Positions 1 through 12,064 of a DNA stretch of 64,000 bases are shown here, piece after piece; the first letter of the stretch is position 1, and every line of letters begins with the position of its first letter. The notes under the pieces were generated by a model. That model worked only from the letters and a program-made list of their open reading frames with translations. It was not told where the DNA came from and searched no databases. The position numbers and the translations under genes were made by a program. The stretch comes from Nageia nagi (Eukaryota; Plantae; Pinophyta): assembly GCA_050084985.1 (NCBI GenBank), contig JBITNC010000001.1, positions 103,044,001 to 103,108,000 of the forward strand, in the 5' to 3' direction.

Positions 1-1885
1 ATTAATCCCTTAGAAGCCCAACATTCCATTGTGGGGTCCCATAATAACTTAAAAAACGTTTTTTGCACATGTTGAAATAAATTAGTAATATTTATGACAT
101 TATTATGTGACTTTTTTTTTTAAAAAAACATATCACTTAAATACTTTAGCATTTCACTAAAATACCTCTAAAACACTTCTAGATGTATTAAAACACGACT
201 AAGTTGTCCAAGAGGAGGGATGTTCCACCCATGAAAAAACTTATTCAACACTTAAACAAAAAGATATAATATTTACAAAGTTTATCAAAATTTGGGAGAT
301 TACATGATACTTGGATGAATGATCTCCTTGCCACTTGTGTGCTCTCTTATCAAATTTAGCACCCAAGTGTGGTTGTAGATGAATTTTGTGATTGTTATCG
401 CTTCTTCAACCACATTTCTAATGCATGTGAGCCTACTAATGTACTATAGGATACGATCAATGCAATGGGTTTCACATAGGCCCCAAAATATGGTGGGGTA
501 GTTCTACTCTAGAGGTTTTCTTGCAACCACATATATTACAATGTTGTCCATCACTACTTGGACAACATTCTCCATACCCACTTCCAACACCACCTCCTTA
601 GGCAAGTTGTAAATCAATTGTGTATTTTTATATAATGTGATGTGTTAACCGAATTCAAGAAGACCATTAATCCACTTGAAGCCACCATGAAGTTGATGTG
701 TGTGCAATTCCTCACATCTGCCCACCTGTCTAACAAAATATTGCATCCATGTTTGTGTCAACCCTTTCCTTGCTCAAGGGCACATGTGTTGGCAATTACC
801 TCCTCAAGCAAAGGTCTGTTGAAATCCTTTGTGGTATGAAGCTTCATCCCTCTTCCAACAACGGAATACTATTGCCATGGCATCCTAGTAAGGACTATTT
901 GTAACATTAAAAGGAATGTTGCAATAGTGCCAAATATTTGTAGCTGTTGTTTGCATTGCTTTGATCTTCTATTTCCCCCATGTTGTTCTATCAGGGAAGG
1001 TTGTGTCTCTTTATGAGAAACAAAAAACATTGGATTTGTAATATCACTTGTTGAAAATCGAACATGTGAGCCAAACATAGACACTTCTTGTGATCCTGAT
1101 TCATAAATCTTCCAGTAATCATCCAAGCTCCCCCCAAGCCTTGCTCCAACTGTAATCTTGGTATTTTTCCATTCTGACTTTTGTTTTGATTTTGAAGCAA
1201 TTAAGGCTTGAATCTCATGAGTGATCTTAGGAGGCACAACATCACAAAGTCCTATATCAATCAGGTATCCTTGCAAGATGGAATTTAAGTCTATTGATAC
1301 CACCCTTGTAATGTTTTTTTTTGCAATAGTTGCAAAAAATTTGGTTTGGAAGATCACCCATTTGTGTATGCTTCCAAGCAAGATTCTTCCCTTTGGGTGC
1401 ACTTGAATAGCCCTCATTTGCAAATGCCATTTGCAAAGTGCAAAAAAAACCCATTTGAAGGAAAGAAAAACCCTAACCCTATTTTTTTTAACAAATTTTA
1501 AAAAATCAAAAATAAAAAAATACCCATTTGAAGTATGGGCATTGGCATTAAAAAAAATTGTTTAGTGAAAATAAATAAATAAAAAAAAACTACCTCTTCA
1601 AATGCTCAATGAAAATAAAAAAACTCATGGATGAATCACAAAATCTCGTGAAATCTACGATGAAAAGTTTGAAATCCATGATGAAGCTCCTCAAATATGG
1701 TGAACCTTTAAATCCTCCATGAATAAGACTGTCTTTTTCCTGCGTCTTTTCCTCTCGATGGTTGTTGAGATGTCTAGTTTTCAGACAAGTTACCTATTGG
1801 AAATTCATCGAAACTCGACAGTGAGTTACTTGGTCAAGCAAAAATGCATGAGTTTTCGTGTTTACTCACAAGTTTTCCATCATTG
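1..1885 (-). mobile_element. hAT DNA transposon, 5' part (continues left of window)
   Basis: Contains a decayed hAT transposase. Candidate terminus CAATGATGGAAAACT (reverse complement ending 1885) with ACTC/GAGT subterminal motifs at ~1790-1880. LINE sequence begins immediately after 1885. The other end and the TSD are not visible. Confidence 0.7.
250..1454 (-). pseudogene. hAT transposase pseudogene (BED zinc finger + DUF659/RNase H-like core)
   Basis: ORF 1257-1454 gives AWKHTQM...IFCNYCKK..GGINRLKFHLA (BED finger). Downstream frames give GCNILLDRWAD...HINFMV, EVGMENVVQVVMDN and FWGLCETHCID. Frameshifts and stops are present. Confidence 0.88.
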
Positions 1886-2291
1886 GTTAAAGTAGTCTCA
1901 TGCAATTCCCCAATGGATAGAAGATGATCACAAGTTACTTTTAGGTGATTTGGAACCTTGGTTGGGACTATTCATGCACATATCTAATGTAGCTTGACAA
2001 TCTTTAGTGAATGGCTCAATTATAAAAACTTGTTTATAATGATCAACAAACTTGGAAAAAATATCAGATTGTTCTATGAAGTGAATATTATCCGTTATTA
2101 GATTATGTATTTGGGTGGAATTAATTTGAGTTCAAACTCTTGAAAAAATTGGTTAATGACTTTGTCCCCAATCCACAACTAGTGCATTCAATCTCAAACT
2201 TGAGCTTCTCAAGCTAGAGTCGATTGTTGCCATATAGTTTCATTGAAAGGATTCTTTTTTGACTCTTGAGAGAGCTTAGCATGCTCTCGAG
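1886..2291 (-). pseudogene. LINE ORF2 fragment (endonuclease-RT linker), left part
   Basis: Minus strand reads DIFSKFVDHYKQVF ... LLSIGELHETTLT, typical of the L1 linker just before RT. It is collinear with the endonuclease part at 17800-18830 across the TCGAG TSD. Confidence 0.65.
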
Positions 2292-2308
2292 TGTTAACTA
2301 TGCAACAT

Positions 2309-3504
2309 TGTAAGGATCCAAAACACAACTCAAGTGCAATTAAACCCAAAAGCACAAGTATGCACCCAACGTCTGTCTAGAAGATTAATTACAAGCATAC
2401 AAACCCTCAATATGCCAACATTAGGGTTAGGGCACTAAATACAAGCTTAATCAACATACAAATGCCAACGTCTGGCCCATACATACACATACATGCAAAA
2501 GTAAGCCAATAATGCCAATAGACAAGTATGCACAACACGAATATGAGATCCAAGTGCCCAATGATTGTATAGAAGATATGAATGTCAAAGCAATATAATA
2601 TTGAGCTCCCAAAGTTGGACGTTGGCCTTCAAGGAGCCAACTAGGGCACGTCGTGTATCCTCAATGCTGGACGAACAAGTAGAACCATGGGACAACCTCG
2701 CTCCCTCAGATCTTGAATCCTTTCCACCAAAGGAGCCCTACTCTGAACCTGGTGGCCAACTGAATGACAGAAGCTCAACCTCGGAATACCACCGAATGGG
2801 AAAGGGTGCTACACCAATGCCGTAGATAATTAGGATCACTCAGCTTGATAGTTTTCCTATATGCTGCACCTAGGGGATTGCTTAGTGCCGTTAAGACTAG
2901 TGTCCACAGGACAGTATCAATAAGATAATAGTATAATCAGGTATATCCAACAATGAGGCTCCAATGCCTCTTTATACACTCAACTTTGTTTGGATCTCAC
3001 CGAGGAGTCATCACTCGACTTTTTAATCCCAACGTTAGCCTCCTGGGGGCCCAGAATGCCCAACATGGGTGCTTAGGGGTCAAGCATGCCAACGTGGGGG
3101 CTTGGAGTGCCATAAATGCCAATGTGGGGTCTAAGAGTGTTACGCATGCCCAACGTGGGTCTGGGAGCCATACGTGGGGTCTAGTTGTCATAATGGGCCA
3201 ACGTGGGGGTCTAGGAGTTTCCCAAAGGTTGGCGCATGTATATACAAGTGCTCATCCATCCACTTAAGTGTAAAACAAATCTTGGAATTCCTACAATCAA
3301 GATCGGGATCTCCAAGTATAATAAAACACCTAATCTATGCTTGGGAGGAGACGTCCCACTTGGGGCTCACAGTGGGGTCTATTGACGCATTAAGTCTTCT
3401 ATCCTAAGTAATAATGTGGAATTACAATGCAATAATAAAATATATTACAAGAGGAATCCGTTGGATTCCACAATTCATTACAATCATGCAAGGGAGATGT
3501 CACA
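2309..3504 (-). mobile_element. Solo LTR (~1.2 kb), inverted relative to the copy at 5241
   Basis: TGTAAG...GTCACA termini; TSD AACAT/AACAC (2304-2308, 3505-3509). Reverse-complement homology to 5241-6424. Strand is relative only. Confidence 0.85.
3030..3235. repeat. ~30-bp tandem repeat rich in CAACGTGG inside the solo LTR
   Basis: Units ending ATGCC start at 3061, 3091, 3121 and 3151 (e.g. aacgtgggggcttggagtgccataaatgcc). Confidence 0.75.
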
Positions 3505-4070
3505 AACACTCCCCCTAATTATGTGAAATTTAGGGGCCCACTATTAGAAAATAGGAGTGGAGACTTGAGTATGATTCGGGGAGTGAACTATGCTTCCATA
3601 CATAAATATGCAAATGTAATGGCTAGATAACCCGAAGTGCAACTTTAAGTGTGCACTCAAAAGAAGTTACGAAGGTGAATTCCTTAAAAGGGAAAAGTAG
3701 GAAGTGCAACAAATCAAAGAAGGCAGTTCAAACCATACCCCCAGACCTTGATGGAAAGCAACATGAAAATTGTGAGCATCAGTTCAAAGCTTTGAGCTAA
3801 AATTGCAAGGTGCTTACAATAGATGAAAGAATGCTTGCTAGAGTTACCAACAAATTCGAGCAAAATTTCACCAAGTATGGAGGTCCAAAACAATGGTTGT
3901 GTGGTTGGGCAAGGATTGAAGTTCAACTATCAAAAATGATGCGACCATGCACCTAAGACCGTTCATTGCTCTTCTCTAGGAGGTTGCTTGCATGTGGGAT
4001 GAATGGCAAGGAAGCGCTTATTAATACCCCCCATCATACTGAAATTGGACTAAGTCCTTAGCCTTTGTCA

Positions 4071-6990
4071 CCTGGTTGCATGCCCCCAACAAGATACAAT
4101 CTTAATTTTTTGGGAAGGTAAGACCAAGAGGAGAAGTTGGTGTCCGGGCAGGAAATTGAACCTACCACTCCATTTTGCATTTGAGCTACAAGTGGCATCA
4201 TTGGAACATTTGCATGCTGAACAAGGGGTAGTAAATTCGTTTATAAATACCCTTTCATGTTCTTTAAAATGACCAAGTCCCTAGCCTTTTCAACATGGTT
4301 TCATGTTTTCAGAAAGATACACTCCTGAAATTCCAAAAGGGTGCGACCAACAACATAATAGGTTTCCGACAAATTTTGGGCCAAAATTTGGCTAAGGAAC
4401 ATGGGCCTTTCCCTAGCTTGGTCACATGGTCTTCACAAGATGCCTTTGTAACTTCTCATTTAGGTGTGACCAAGAGGAAGAAGATAGGAAAAATGGCAGA
4501 TTTTTGTTAAAATATAGTGAAATTTTTGGTGGTGGCATGATCCCAAAAGGATACTTTCCTAACTATTTTCAACAATGCGACCATCCATGGGGCCTCTTTG
4601 AACCAAAATTGGCTAAGTATGGAGCTAGTTCTCTCCTTTAGGGCTTGGTCACATGTCGTGCCAAAGATACAATTGTAACATTTAAGAGAGGTGTGACCAC
4701 CCTCTTGGGCCTGCATGGATCAAATTGATACTTGGCATAACCACAAGGTGGTGATACATCATTGGGCCCTCATCTTGGCCTCTGAATTATGGACAATTGG
4801 CATGGAAAATCACTATAAAAGGGGGTTTTCCCCTTATTCTTGTTTTGTTTAGTTAATTGACCTAGCACAACATTCCCATTTTTGGTCGCACCCTCCTAAA
4901 AGAATTGGCTATGTGTGAAGTCTAAATGCCTATGAACCTGGTTGCATGTTCCAAGAAAGTTAATTTTGCATCATTCTTAAAGGATGCAACCACCCTTGTG
5001 AGGCTCATTTTTCATCTAAGTGTGGGATGTAGCCCTCCATCCTTGGTCGCATGTTTTGAGAAGGATACATTTGTGAAGTTTTGGAGAGATTCGACCACCT
5101 TATTTTGCATGCACATGGTGAAGATTTGATACTTGTAAGGGAGTCACCCCTCCATCCATTGACTCCATGCCACCTAGCAGTCAACCAAGTTATAAAAGGG
5201 GGACTTAGCTCATTTTTTTTCAAACGTTTCTCTCCCTAAGTGTGACGTCCCTGTTGCATTATTGTATTTATATATGGAATCCAACAGATTCCCTATTGTA
5301 TTATATTTAATTACTTAATTGTGTTTTAAGTTAGTACTTGGGATAGAAGATTTAATGGGTCATTGGACCCCACTATGAGTCCTAAGTGGGACGTCTCCCT
5401 CCCAAATGTAGATTAGGTGTTGTAATGTACTTGGAGATCCCGATACATGATTGTGGGAATCCCAAGGTTTGTTTAACACTTAGTATATGGATGAGCACTT
5501 AAAAGGCCCCAACGTTGAGATTGGGAGCACTTGTACACATGCGCTAGCCTTGGGGAGACTTCTAGACCTCCACGTTGGCCCATGAAACCCACGTTGCCCC
5601 CTTAGATGCCCACACATGCCTCCTAGACCCATGTATGCATTCCTGGATCCACGTGGAGCATAGGGGAGGCCTAGATACCTACATTGGACCTGAAATGACT
5701 CCTAGGTGCCAACGTTGGGGCTTGAGGGGACTGGGTGATGACATTGAGGTGCAATCCAGATCCAAGAAAGCTATATTAGCCCTTGGAGCCTCATTTTTTG
5801 GATATACTGAATATTTATAATTGCTTATACCGTTCGAAGGACAAGAGTCTTAGTGCTGTGCTAAGCAAGATCCCTAGGTGCAACATTTAGGAGGATTAGC
5901 AGGTTGGGATCCTGTTAGTCTACGACTTTGGTGTAGCACCGTAGCCCATTCGGTGGTATTCCGAGGTTGAGCTTCTACCTTTAGTGGTCACCAGGGTTTG
6001 AGAAGGGCTCCTTTGGTGGAGAGGAATCAGATTTTGAGGGAGCAAGATTGTCCCACTCACCATCTGTTTGTCCAACAAAGAGAGACATACATCATGCCCT
6101 AGTTGGCACCTTGGAGGCCAACGTACAACTCTAGGGGCTTGGTATTGTATATGCATAATTTCTATATCATATATATGGCCGTTGGGCATTTGGATCTCAT
6201 GTTATATTGTGTATTTGTCCATTATTGCAACGTTGTGGTATTATTGTCCATTTGTGCATATTGTAGCCAAACACTGGCATTGTGAGGTGTTGTTCATTGT
6301 TATCTACCATTCTTGGCCAAATGTTGACAATCTTGTATTGTTTTTGCTTTGAATTGATGCCCTAGTTCAAACGTTGGAGTATACTTGCATGTTTGTGGCT
6401 TAATATTGCATTTAGGCTTTTACACTAAGGCTGGTCGCATGGTTCTTCAAAGTTACTATCCCATCTCCAAGGTGCGACCAAGTCATAACCTTTGCACGGA
6501 GAAAAATGACACTTGTTTGTTAGCCACTTTTTCATCCCATGATGAAATGACACATGTCCCCATTCAAACTATAAATGCATGTGCACTTGGTCTCATTTTG
6601 CATTAATCATTCTCTCCAAGGGTGGTTGCATGGTTTTCAAGAGATAATTTTGCATCATTTAAAGAACTTGCACCCACTAAACTGGGGGAACTAAGACAAG
6701 TTTTGAGCTAAGTCCTTGTCTCTATTGCCTAGTCGCATATGTTCCAAAAGTCACATTTGTAACTTTGTCTTAAGATGCCCCCACCCCCCCATATGAGCAT
6801 AAAGGAATTAAGATTTTAATTAAGTAGGGGCCCACACTTGGTCGTTGCTTGCATGGAGATACGACTCCAACTTTTTTGCATAGTCATCACCTTTGTGTCC
6901 AACCCACCTCATGTGCGTTTGTCTAAGTCTTGTGAGTCCATCATCTTGCATTAACCAAAGATACCAAGATTACATCCAACTTTGGTGCGA
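4071..6990 (+). repeat. Array of degenerate ~55-bp palindromic repeats (GGTCGCATG...GTGCGACC) in unit A, split by the solo LTR 5241-6424
   Basis: Units near 4071, 4295, 4417, 4530, 4644, 4938, 5042, 6431, 6621 and 6729. Example at 6431: ctggtcgcatggttcttcaaagttactatcccatctccaaggtgcgaccaag. Confidence 0.8.
5241..6424 (+). mobile_element. Solo LTR (~1.2 kb)
   Basis: TGTGAC...TTTACA termini; perfect TSD CTAAG (5236-5240, 6425-6429); homologous to 2309-3504. Confidence 0.9.
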
Positions 6991-7389
6991 CCAAGGCAAT
7001 TGTGTATTATCCAAACCTCCATGCATTAATTGGGTCCCACAAGGTGACAAGGAAGACGTTTTGAATTTGCATTTAAGGCTCAAGGTGCATGTTTTAAGTC
7101 ATTGCATTCTTTTAAGGACCCAAGGGGAGGTCGACCACCTTCTCCACTAAAACCATTGTGTTTAGAGATTCATGTATTAATGCATCATGTAAGTGCCCTA
7201 AGACACACAAAAATTGAAATAAAAAATGTAGGGCATATGGGTTTGCCAAGCATAATTGACCCCACTTTTTCCACTTTGTTAGTGTCAGCACGTTCGTGAC
7301 CTTGTCTACCCTAAGTTGCTTGCACCACCCCCACTGTGTTTGCCAGTCAGTTAGGTTGTACACTACTCTGTTTGTTTTGCAGGTTCGAG

Positions 7390-10150
7390 ATGTCGAAGAT
7401 TAATTCTAAACTCAGGTTACAAAGAACTCCAATTGGGCAAATTGTCTAAACCTAGTTTGACAGAATTCGCCAAGGAGAATCCTTAGGACCCCTTGAGATA
7501 AGAAAAATTTAAAAATAACATCTCCAACATTTGAGATAACTACTGGTCTCTTACAGATCCAAGTCAAACATTGCATTCTATTGGCAAATTGGAGAGGACT
7601 CAGATGCTTAATGGGATAATTTGCATGTTGGGTCTGGCCATCGCCACCTTGTTTCCATTTGCAGCGTCATTTCCCGAGCTATGTTGTGAAGTGGGGAGGT
7701 ACTCCAATTTCGAGGATCAATCCCTTTATGATGTCAATGGTATCAAAATCCTCGATTTTTCTACTGAGGGCATTGAGGAAGCCTTCAAATGGAGAAATGA
7801 ATGGGTCGTTTACATAGAGGACTCCTTAGACTATTATCATAAATTCCACCGGGCCGGAGATCTCATCAGAGATTGGCTTGAAAATGAAAGTAAAGAGTTC
7901 TTCGGGAACAAATCGATAAATGCAAAAAGGCAACATTTCTACCCTACCATTTCCAAGATCATCAGTATGTTACAAGGCTCATAGGCAAAGAGGACAATGT
8001 GAACTCTTGGGAGATAAAGAGAGGTACCAAAACAAAAGGGAAGAGAGAGAGAGATCTAAGACATACACCAGGTTTTGGCGCTTGAGGGAAGAATTGAACA
8101 AAGAATCCAAACTCTGAGTAACCCTCTTGTGACTACCAATGAGAGATCCACCTCCTCTTCAAGGGTGAGAAGACACCAAGGGTGAATAGGAGAGAATGCT
8201 ACTTTGGGTGGCTCCGGGCCACAAATTCATTTTGTGGTTCCAGAGATTGTGAAAGACGTCCAAGTTATGGCAAAAATGGGATACTTGGATTTCCCTCTCC
8301 AACAACTCAATGATGCGACTCTAAAGAGCATCCCCATAATGCCCATAGTTGTTGTAAGACCAGAGCATCCCTTGGCCATCCCAAGTCTCTTGACCCCTAC
8401 GTAAGATTGGTTAGAAATGGAGATTCCTGAGCAAGTTGGAGTGGAATTCTAGATGGACGATGAAAACGTTGCCAAAACTCTTGTTGCAAACCAACCAGCA
8501 TAGCCTGACTCACCTCACCACTCCTCATCTAGCTCCTCTTCTGGCTTCGAGATGTCCTTTGAGTTCTCCAGTTCTTCTAAGTCCAGTTCAAATGAAGAGC
8601 GAGAAGGTAGCTCATAAAGAGAACATGAGGATGAGGATGACGATGACTTGCATATTGGCTCCCAAGATACACAAATTGTGAATGTGGAAGGGGAATCCGA
8701 TACTATGCTCGGTGTAGCACCACCATGATCAATGTTAGTGAGACAAGCCCCTTCCTCCGAATCCACCACTCCACGTAGGAAAAAAGAGGTCACCACTTTG
8801 ATAGGAGGCTCACAAAGCAACGCCCAACAAACCCTTGACTCCGGGAAAGACAGTCCCTATGTCGGTAGGGAATGGAGGAGATGAGGAAGATAAGGGTGAA
8901 AATGAGGAACAAAACTTGAGCATGGCAGCTAGAAGCCCTTGAAAATCTAGGAAAAACCAACAAAGGCCCAGAACCAGCTGTTGAGGAGATTCCAAGAGAG
9001 CTCGGCTCCACAAATATTGACACCACTTTGGCCAATATTGTGTTAAATGGTGGTCCCCATAAGCATTAGGATTTCAATAAATTGACGCAATCATCAAGAA
9101 TTTGCAAATGAGCTTGAGAATGGGAAATGCCTTTGAAGATTTCCCCAATCGAAGAGCTTGAGACCTTTGTCTCCATGAAAAGGGACTTGGTGACCATCAA
9201 CAGGTGTTATTCAAAGTAGAAACGTTCGCAAGATTTGCAAGATGTGTGAGTCCACACTGAGGATTATAAATTCAAAAAAATTGGATGAGTCGGATAGAAG
9301 CATACCATTAACTATAATGTGGATGAGATTGTGAACCAAGGGATTGAAAAAGAGTAGAAGATTAAGGAATTGAAAGAGAGCTCACCGACAAGAACAAGTT
9401 GGTGAAGGAGATTGAAGATGCCAAAATGTCCATTGAAGACATCAAGCTGCAGGCCTCCTTGAACATTGGCGTAACTTCAACGAAGGAATCCCTGGTGAGT
9501 GAAATAATGAGGATTGTCAATGAGCTTTCCCTTCGGATTGTTGCTCTCATGGATGAGGAAAAAGCAGAAGAGAACATGATTGTCACAATATCCCAATTAT
9601 TAGAGTCGATGCAGAATCATGAGCAGACCATGCAAAACTTGAGGAGGATGTCTATGAGATAGGCGGACCAGTTACAATATTGCCAGGAGTTTGCTTATCA
9701 CCTATGCTAGCTGAGATATGTAGAATGCGAATGCGCTAAGCTGATTAAGGCGAGGGTGGACCTGTTGATAACCCTAACCTTTTAGATGGGTCAATTTATC
9801 CAACCAGTTAGGTTTGTTAACGAAGATGGGAGCGAAAGGAAGGTCGAGCTCATAACCCACGAAGTCCAGAACACTGTCAGGGAACTTCTCTTCATTAAGG
9901 ATGTGAACCTGTTGAAAGCAGGGAAGCATATTGAAAATCAATAATAGTTGGCCATTTGGAAGTTTAGATGGAATGCACCTCTTGCTACATCTTGGATTTC
10001 CACATTAGGATGGATGAAGATCTGCCAGGTGCGCTTGCAGGAGGGTTTTCCATGGTGAAGGTTGTCATCGAGGATAACTCATAGGATTCCAGAGGAAGTT
10101 TTCCTCGTTGCACAAGGTGGAATTACCAATGCATACTGGAAAAGTGCATA
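7390..10150 (+). pseudogene. Decayed long ORF of unit A (unknown protein: conserved N-domain, acidic linker, coiled-coil C-terminus)
   Basis: ATG at 7390 follows an acceptor-like ttgttttgcag. Fragments 7571-7984 and 9399-9662 align with the unit B ORF (LYDVNGIKILDFSTEGIEEAFKWR vs LRDTEGNVIVNFSPTRIEAAFGWR; YCQEFAYH vs YCHEFTYH). Stops and frameshifts present; 3' end approximate. Confidence 0.75.
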
Positions 10151-10501
10151 TTTTATTAATTGGATATGATCTTTTCAAAAGATATAATATTTTATTGATA
10201 TGACTTTATTTGACTTGCGCTGTGATGGATGAGTTTTTGCTTCCATAGCCACAAGAAACTTTGATGTGACAATGATGTGGTGTATGGGCGTTATTCTGTA
10301 GCCGTAGTTTTATCATGTATGTGTTGTGCCTACACAACACCTTGCAAAATTTTTGCATTTTGAGGACCCTCAAAATAAAAAGAAAAAATGCATGAAAGTA
10401 ATAGTTGTCAAAGGGAATGCATGCATTTTTGTGTAGTCTCAAGAAACATGTTAAAACTGCACTTTCATGGTCAATTCAAGTCAGAATTGTGCATTTTTCC
10501 G

Positions 10502-11823
10502 CAGTCGCATGTTTTCGAGTGAGTACGTTTGCACACCTCTCGAACGGTGCAACCAACTTCATGCTGCATTTTCATACTCATCACTTGCATTTTCATTCTT
10601 AGAATTGCACTTTTGAGGTCCCTCATGCTACAAAAATTTGTCTCCCTCATTGCATTTCATGTTTGAAGTCATTTTGGTCAAAATGCAAGGCAAAAAAACC
10701 ATGTTTTCAGCTTGTTGCATGTTTTCAGGTGAGTGCTTTTTCACCCACCCAAAATGGTGTGACCAAGTTGAAGTCCCTCATACTTAGCATATTTTTGGGA
10801 AAGATTGTTGCATGTTTTCAAATGAGTGCTTTTGCACCCATCCGGAACCGTGCGACCAAGGAGGAAGTCTCTCATACTTAGTCATTTTTGAGGCCATCAA
10901 AGCTTGTCGCATGCTTTCGAACGAGTTGTTTTGCATTGTACTCAATCCATGGGACTAGGAAGAAAAAGGACTTAGCCGTTTTTTGGGCAACCAAGGCTAG
11001 TCGCATGCTTTCAAGTGAGTGCTTTTGCACCCAACTCAAAATGTGTGACTAGATGCATTTGACCCGGAAGGCTATAAAAGAGAAGTCAGCCTCAGTATTT
11101 CAGTTTGCAAATTTGTCTAGAGCATTGTGTGGAGTCAAGGGAGAAAAAGCACTCCCTTCAAAATGTGCGACCTATGTCAAACTTGCATTTTCCAAGTCAT
11201 TTTTGGAATTTTTGGTCTTGGGAAGCAGGCCAGATGCTAGGCGCAAGGATCAAGGTGCATGCTTTTGCACCATTTCAAAATGGTGCGACTAGGAATTGAG
11301 CTTCAGTATCGACTTGGAATTTGGCTAATTGTCTAAAAGCCTAGTCGCATGCTTTTCATTATATGCTTTTGCACTCCGTTAAAACCATGTGCCTCTATTT
11401 TGGCTTCGTCATTTGACCCCTAGTTTGACCAACCCGAAGATGACATGTGGTAGTTCAGAATGTTTTAAATATCACACCACCCCTTAGTCATTTTAATCAC
11501 TTGATTTCAAATTTACCACACTTTCCCCCAATTGCACCATTTCTAATGCATGCTTTTGCACTCATCTAAAACAATGCGCTAGGGAGAAATAAGGTGTTTA
11601 ATGGGATGCTGTGCATCTAGTTAGCTTTTTCTTGGCTAAGGCATTTCAGTGAAGTCCCAAGCCTAGGCACATGGTTTTAGACACATGCTTTTTCACTCAT
11701 CAAGATCCATGTGCCCAGGATTGAGGTGAAGAATTATGCTCCAAAATTCAACTAAGTGATCCCAGGCCCAGTCGCATACTTTTCAAGTTGTGCTCAAGCA
11801 CTCATTCAAAATTGTGCACCCAG
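10502..11823 (+). repeat. Array of degenerate ~55-bp palindromic repeats in unit B
   Basis: Units near 10502, 10711, 10804, 10902, 10996, 11255 (partial), 11340, 11660 and 11767. Consensus about GTCGCATGYTTTCAAGTGAGTGCTTTTGCACCCA...GTGCGACYAG; ~95-bp period in the core. Confidence 0.82.
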
Positions 11824-11926
11824 AATTGCAAGGTAAAATTGGTCAATTGTGAGACACTAGGAGTTGAAATGAGAAGAAGACAAGTGGCAAGCATGTACCC
11901 TGCCATGCATTCACCCTCCATGCATC

Positions 11927-11940
11927 TCATATAAAGGGGA
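11927..11940 (+). promoter_or_regulatory. Putative TATA box of the unit B ORF
   Basis: ATATAAAGGGG lies between the palindrome array and the ATG at 12065. Similar TATAAAAGGGG motifs occur in unit A at ~4815 and ~5191. Confidence 0.5.
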
Positions 11941-12064
11941 AACAACTATCATTCAGTGTGTTGGACGTCCTACAACCCAAATCTGCACGTCTGACTCTAC
12001 CTTGCTGCATTTTTCACGTCCAGATTTGTCCTTAGGTTTTCTTGGGGTATTTAAACATTTTTGC

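Noticed and set aside
3505-3520. AACACTCCCCCT as a minus-strand Copia PPT/LTR junction
   Set aside because: Better explained as the 5' end of unit A, which aligns with the 5' end of unit B; no Copia pol is adjacent.
10502-11823. True CRISPR array
   Set aside because: Eukaryotic TE context, degenerate repeats, partly related spacers and no cas genes.
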